A stretch of DNA of 64,000 nucleotides. It comes from Blasia pusilla. Its lineage: Eukaryota. A model generated the notes under the pieces. It did not search any database and was not told the origin of the DNA. It saw nothing but the letters and a program-made list of their open reading frames with translations. Positions 58,122 to 64,000 of this stretch are shown piece after piece. The translations under genes were made by a program, and so were the position numbers. Position 1 is the stretch's first letter. Each line of letters begins with the position of its first letter. Where the stretch lies: contig CM114271.1 in NCBI GenBank assembly GCA_050084515.1, forward strand, positions 1,302,001 through 1,366,000, read 5' to 3'.

Positions 58122-61100
58122 TCATTTGACATTAATGGAATGGCCCTCCTTGGGAACTTCCTATTGTACAATGGAGAACAGCACCATGTTCATGTAATTA
58201 TCGAGCCTCATAGAGAATGTTGCACACAGATAGCAAGCTGTATAGAAGTTCTGATCGCAGCAGAGAACTCCGGTACTATATACAATATGATGTGATTTTC
58301 TGCTGAGACTTATTTAGTGACTTTCTGCTCAAATTAACCTGTAGACAAATCCTGCCAGTGTAAATTAAATAACACTGGGATTGTCCTTGATTTGATGGGC
58401 AGGAATTTGTGCATACAGTACACATATCTGTTAAAAGAAAACTCAAGTTGTGTGCAACATGTCAGCAAAGGATTGCAAAATGCAATGTTTAGATAGTACC
58501 TATCGTGGGCCACATCTAAGCCGATGGCCCTTAGTGTCAAGCTTTTGCATCTCGGAAAGCTTTGTCCATCTCCCAGATTTAGACCAACGTCCTCTACTCT
58601 TTTGGCCATCGAGTTGTGAAGTTGCAAAGAAGTACATGGACGTCAGCTCCCCAGCTCACCCCCACCCCCCGTTCGACCTTGCCAAGTAGGATTCTGGGCC
58701 TTCCTTCGCAGTTCTTTGAACACACTAACGTTGGGGTGGCCTTGCAGAGGTACTGGAGTCTCAACACAGCCAGTGTTTGAAACCTCGAATCCATATCCAA
58801 ACAAGTAGGATGAGTCTAAAACCTAAACCCAGACATGATCCCTAAATAGTAAAGAAAATATTTAGATTACTTGAAGTTGAGCAACTCTGGCTTGGAGACA
58901 TGGATGCGGGGCAGACGGGGGTATTTTCATATCTTCATAGGGAGCAATGAGATATTTTCATTTACTTATTTTGGGCATCATAATTAATGATATTGTGGAT
59001 GATCATTATTACGATCTAAAACCAAATCGGGTACCTACTAAAATATGAGGATGTCAAGTCGGGGACTAAAAAAGTCACATAGGGGCTTGTTATTGAGATC
59101 ATCTATTGCGCACATTTACTTGATTTCAATTCTAAAATTTGTGAGCTTTGAATTATTTTTTTAATTCTAATTCTAAATTTTAAGTGTATAAACTTGAATG
59201 ATCAATGCTCTTCTTCTTTTCTCATGTTTTATTGTGTAGATTTAAGCTTGCTTGATATTTTGGCCCTAAAGAAAACTCTATGGTATTACCATGGATTCTC
59301 GGGTCTTGCGGATATACATTGTTATCATCGAATACACATACGAAATATTTTACTAATTCATGACATCTAAACATTGAGACAATCGAACATAAAAATATTT
59401 CAAATAAATCATAAACATTCCAAATGTTTAAAAAGATGTACACAACTACATTTTTTTTTCATGTCAACCAAATGCATTCTTTTAATGAGTGGTTTGGGTC
59501 ATTCATAAGATAAGGAGGACCATACTTTAGTCGTCTTATAACAAGAGATTCAACAAAGAAAGAATGAACTCCAAAACTCTCTTTCCTTGGATATATCTCC
59601 TTCCCTCTCTCGAGCTCTATGGATGATAACTTATGTTTGCAGGTCACTTCTTTGGCTCTTGACCTACTATAGGGGATCACGGACTAATTCCCAAAGAGGA
59701 AAGACAACTTTATTCATAACAAGAACTTACCAAAAATAATAAGTCTTTCTATATATCTTCAAATGAGTCAAAACAAAAGAGAAACCTCAAGTTATCCAAG
59801 GCCTCAATAGGTCATCCTCGACCTATTATGATGCAAGAGTGTATATTATCTCCCATAATTAACTCTCATAACTCTAAAGTGCCATTTCAAATGAATGTTG
59901 AACGATCTTATTGGTTTAGAAGGCGAGCCATTCTATTGGATGAAGTGCGAGGTGTCACGAGGAGAGGAGTTTGAAAAATGAATAGGCACTCTCCAATAAT
60001 AATATAGATGATATGAGTATTTTATATATATTCTTACTTTTCACTATCTCATTTGTATCTCTAAGGGATCTTGCCCACACTTTTCTATCTTTTTGGTGGG
60101 TTTATGGATCTATGGCCCATACTTTTGGGATGGAGAATAGTTGATTACGTGATCCATGGGTGTGAGATGGAAGTAGTGATTTGAGTATGGGGTGAGCAAT
60201 GTCGTTATTTCCGGCTCCATGAATTATGAGTTTTGTGGCCTCGGACATCTTGTCCAAGTCATTCATTTTGCCAATTTCGATCATTTTTTCACCCCTTTTA
60301 ATTTACTTTAACGAATAATTTCAACTAAAATAGGAGTGATTCAAATTGTATACAATTTTGAAATTTTTTTTTAGGTTGGGTCCTTATGGTGTAACTATTA
60401 TTTTTGACCTTGCCACATGCCATACAGTAGGTACGATGTAATCCTAAAATTATCGTATAACCCAGTTGGCCATTTGTAAATGGTTGACCTTTAAGTTTTC
60501 AATTAGATAATTTTAAAGGAGGGTTTCAAATATTCTTTGAAGGAAAACGTTTTCATCTAAAATTATCACATAATGATATTTATTCCTGTTGAGTTAAATA
60601 TATAAGATTTTTTAATTAAAATATAGGAAATTTTTTCATAAGTGTCTTCAAATGAAAAAAATTAAAATTTTCTTTGAGGAACACTCTTGTGAATTTTAAT
60701 TTTTGACCTGATTTGGTTTTGTTCAATAAAAACATCTTTATGAAAATCTTTTGTGTGTAGAAACATTTTTTTTACTTGTGTACACATTACTTATAATTGT
60801 ACCATGAATTTCTTAAGTTAAGAAGATTCTTTTGAAAACCAATTTAACATGAGGAAAAATATTATTAAAAAAATTAAGAAAAAACCAAATAACCTCCCAT
60901 CTTCTCTAAAAAAAAAGGAGAGTAAAAATTCAAAGATATCTAAAAATCAGTAAATGAGAGGAAGAGAAGGAGGAAGAGGAAATTTAAAGAGATTTAAAAT
61001 CATATTGTCATAAGTTTTGCCATGAATCTTGAACGAGACACACTACTTTGAACTAGATGTAGCATAGCTATTCTCAAAAACCTCCTTGTTTATCTTATCT

Positions 61101-64000
61101 TGTTTATTTTCTTAATTTTTGGATGTTTGTGTTCCATTTGGAATATTTTTAACACTAATATAAGGCTGATTTGTGATAGTATGCATGTTATAGCCTCCAC
61201 CTAGAGCCGTTACTCATAGATGATGTTGCAACTGGAGGGTTCACAATGAAGTGTTTGTTGGTTGGAATGAACTTATGTAACTCGTATATTATTAACCCAC
61301 TTAAACTTTCTTCAATTCGCTATTACATGGTATTTTAGTTTTGAGAACTAGTACTAATTTTTTCACATGTGGCAATATTATATGCCAAACCTGAAAGAGG
61401 AGTGGGGCTAGGAGATTGCAGGGATGCTCGATGATGGACCAAAGGTTGCACTAGTGGTGGTTCCTCTTGCTAAAATCCAAGGAGGTGGTTAAAGTTCTAG
61501 AAGGAGGACTACTTGGCGGTTGGAGTTGGATAGTGACTCAAAATCGAGAGTGAGGAGGAGGACATGATTGGTGCCATTATGGAACTCGAAGTTAATAGCA
61601 AGTTTTGTGCAATGTGTGCATGATTGGATGGTCTAAAACATATTTGTAAAGACCCGACATCTAGCTTCTTTACGAGGCCCATCTACAATCAATGAAGACA
61701 TTGTTATAGTAGATCATGTGGTATGATCCCTTCTAAGGCTTTGGAGGGTCTATGTGTACGTACCTAATCCCACATAGGAATAGACAAGATACAAAAATTT
61801 GTCCCTACCATAGAAATATAGATATAGGTCCGTTTACATGATCATTGTGGAAAAAAACAAATCATTTAATGTATAAAAAATTATGAGGGTACAAAGTGGC
61901 ATAGTTCCTCCGTGCTTCAATTGAACTTGAACATGGTAAAAACTCAATACACAAGAATGTGTTATTTACCTTTGTGGTTCTTTGACAATTTGACTTCTTA
62001 GGAAACTAGGATATTTAACATATTTTCTTCAATTCCATAATTTTTTTTCTGCAATCATGATGCCTCATATCTTGATGAAATCGAAGGTTAGGTTATACTA
62101 ATAAGGCTCTATTTCATAATCGTCATAGAGTCCGACTTATAATTCTCCTAGCTTCGCCCCAAAGCAGTCCTATCGTTGAGCTTTACAAGCGGAAAACTTC
62201 CGTTGAATCCCAAGACTTAAATCAATATTTTATTCAAATAATAAATTTTCATATTTTTAAATCTCAATCAAAATACTTTTAAAAAAAAAAAAAAAGATAA
62301 TATTTATGAAATAAATATTTACCTATTTAGCGAAATACCATAATTCATGCAATCTTATTAGTATATCAGAAATTATTTTTTATGAGTTTGCTTTCTATTT
62401 GTTTACACAATATGATCTACGTTCTTATTAAATTTGTTGGATTGCTTAGTGATTGCCTAAAGGATAAAGGAAGAGTTACAACCACCATACTACACTTGAT
62501 CCTAAATGCTTTCTAGGAGTGTAAGGTAAGATAATTAAAGGAGAGAGACCACAAACATTCCAATAATTGGAATGTTGTTGAACACCTTTTAACAACATTC
62601 CAATATAGGAAAGAGGCAAGGAGTGCAAAAATCTAAAAGAAAAACCAACAAAAAAACCTTAAAGAGCTCCCGATTATTAGCTTGAAACAAATTTGACAAT
62701 AACATTACTCGTTGGTTATATATGAATGGATGATGAGGTGCATGGCCCCCCACCAATTCCTTACGAGATATAATGTTACTCCTCCTACATACATAATGTA
62801 ATGCCATCTATATATATTGCAAAAAAAAAGTAATGACAATGACTTACACAAATTTTCATAAAAATATACTAGTACAGTGCTAAAACTTTTTTCTTCGGCC
62901 CAAAACATGTGAAACATTTTTTTCTATCATAGAAGAAGATAATTTTATATATTTTCATAAAAATATATAAACATATATAAATGCTTAAATTCTTTTTGTG
63001 TCCCTTCATGAGCTATACACTGTATACTATCTTTGAGCCTTCCCATTCCTTGTCCCGAATCTGCGGATTCCATTTCTTTTCTCGTTTCATGCGCTCTCCT
63101 TTCGCCTTTCTCCCGCACATGATTTACGAGCGTGAAGGCGAAGGAATGGAAGGGCCGAAAGGCACGAGGGGAAGACGGAGCAACGAACGAACATAGTTCA
63201 AGCGAAAGTGAGATCTGTACGATTCTGTAGGGGTTGGAGAGTTAGTAACAATTCGAGCGTGGACGTGAGGGGAGGCATTCCAGCTGGAAATGAACTGGAT
63301 CGCTTGTCATGTTTAGCATTCTGCGGACTCTCCCGGAATTCTCCGGATCGCGTTTGAATGGATCTGCCCCTCTACGGCCATCTCGATGCCGTGACGACTG
63401 CCGGGATTGCACGCGCGCTGGAGTGGAGGCACGATTCTGCGAGGAGCGGCGAGGTTTGTTGGATGATGAGGAGGAGGAGGAGGTGAAGCAGTAGACAATC
63501 AGTTAATTGCTCCTGCGAGTGCGGCAGATTAGGATTCTTCTGATTCTAGTCTACTGGAGCTGCGCGGGCTCGGGCTCGAGCTCCAGATGTCCGATGCAAT
63601 TTTCCGTGATGCAGGAGTTTAGGAAATAGGAGCCGGAGAGGAGAGTCCGTTTCTGCCTCTTCGAGTTGGCAATTCCTTCGGTGTGCATCGAGGGGACGGG
63701 TCGGAAGGTATGGGCAGGTGAGGATGGGTTCCCTGCGCTGACAGGGTAACTTGCGGATGGCGGACCAGTGAATGGAGAAGCGGATAGTTGAGTACATCTA
63801 CGAATGGTGTGGGATGAGGATGGTCTGGGTCGGCTCCGCATTGCTGCAGTAGGAATGAGGATCATGCAGGTTTTGTCTCTGGGAAAGGGACGGATGCGGT
63901 GGTGAGACTGGGGGTCGAGGGAAAGGGAAGGAAGAAGAGAGGGACAGAGCGAGTCAGCGATGGTTTTGATTGATATTGGAGAGGATGCAACTCAAGCTCT

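Noticed and set aside
1-64000. tRNA, rRNA or conserved miRNA genes; antisense ORFs overlapping the real genes
   Set aside because: No cloverleaf, rRNA or known conserved plant miRNA sequence recognised by eye (a covariance-model scan would be needed to exclude them). Antisense and alternate-frame ORFs are shadows of the called CDSs.

Overview
Nuclear DNA from a land plant, most likely a bryophyte or other non-seed plant. This is inferred from plant-type genes and introns, a half-tRNA-primed copia element and a methylmalonyl-CoA epimerase. I can reconstruct five host genes by hand. (1) An intronless 861-aa fusion of S-adenosylmethionine decarboxylase (SAMDC) to an ornithine-decarboxylase-family (ODC) domain at 1935-4520 (+), preceded by a complete plant SAMDC-type leader with two introns and overlapping tiny and small uORFs. 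(2) A PRCC-like gene (-, 3 coding exons). (3) NUP88/MOS7 (-, 10 exons, with a duplicated dead exon). (4) Signal peptidase subunit SPCS2 (-, 5 exons, including a U12 AT-AC intron). (5) A mitochondrial-type methylmalonyl-CoA epimerase (+, 4 exons). The intergenic space holds a full-length Ty1/copia element (22502-27758), an old copia split by a CACTA-like insert, MULE-, LINE- and gag-like remnants, MITEs, Helitron-like termini and an interleaved inverted-repeat block. The strongest candidate for an undescribed system is the SAMDC-ODC fusion. It has the same domain order as the Plasmodium bifunctional enzyme but is built from plant-type parts, it places the ODC domain under polyamine-responsive uORF control, and it has an altered substrate-specificity motif (YANA instead of YDHA). 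All family assignments come from recalled motifs; no database search was run.
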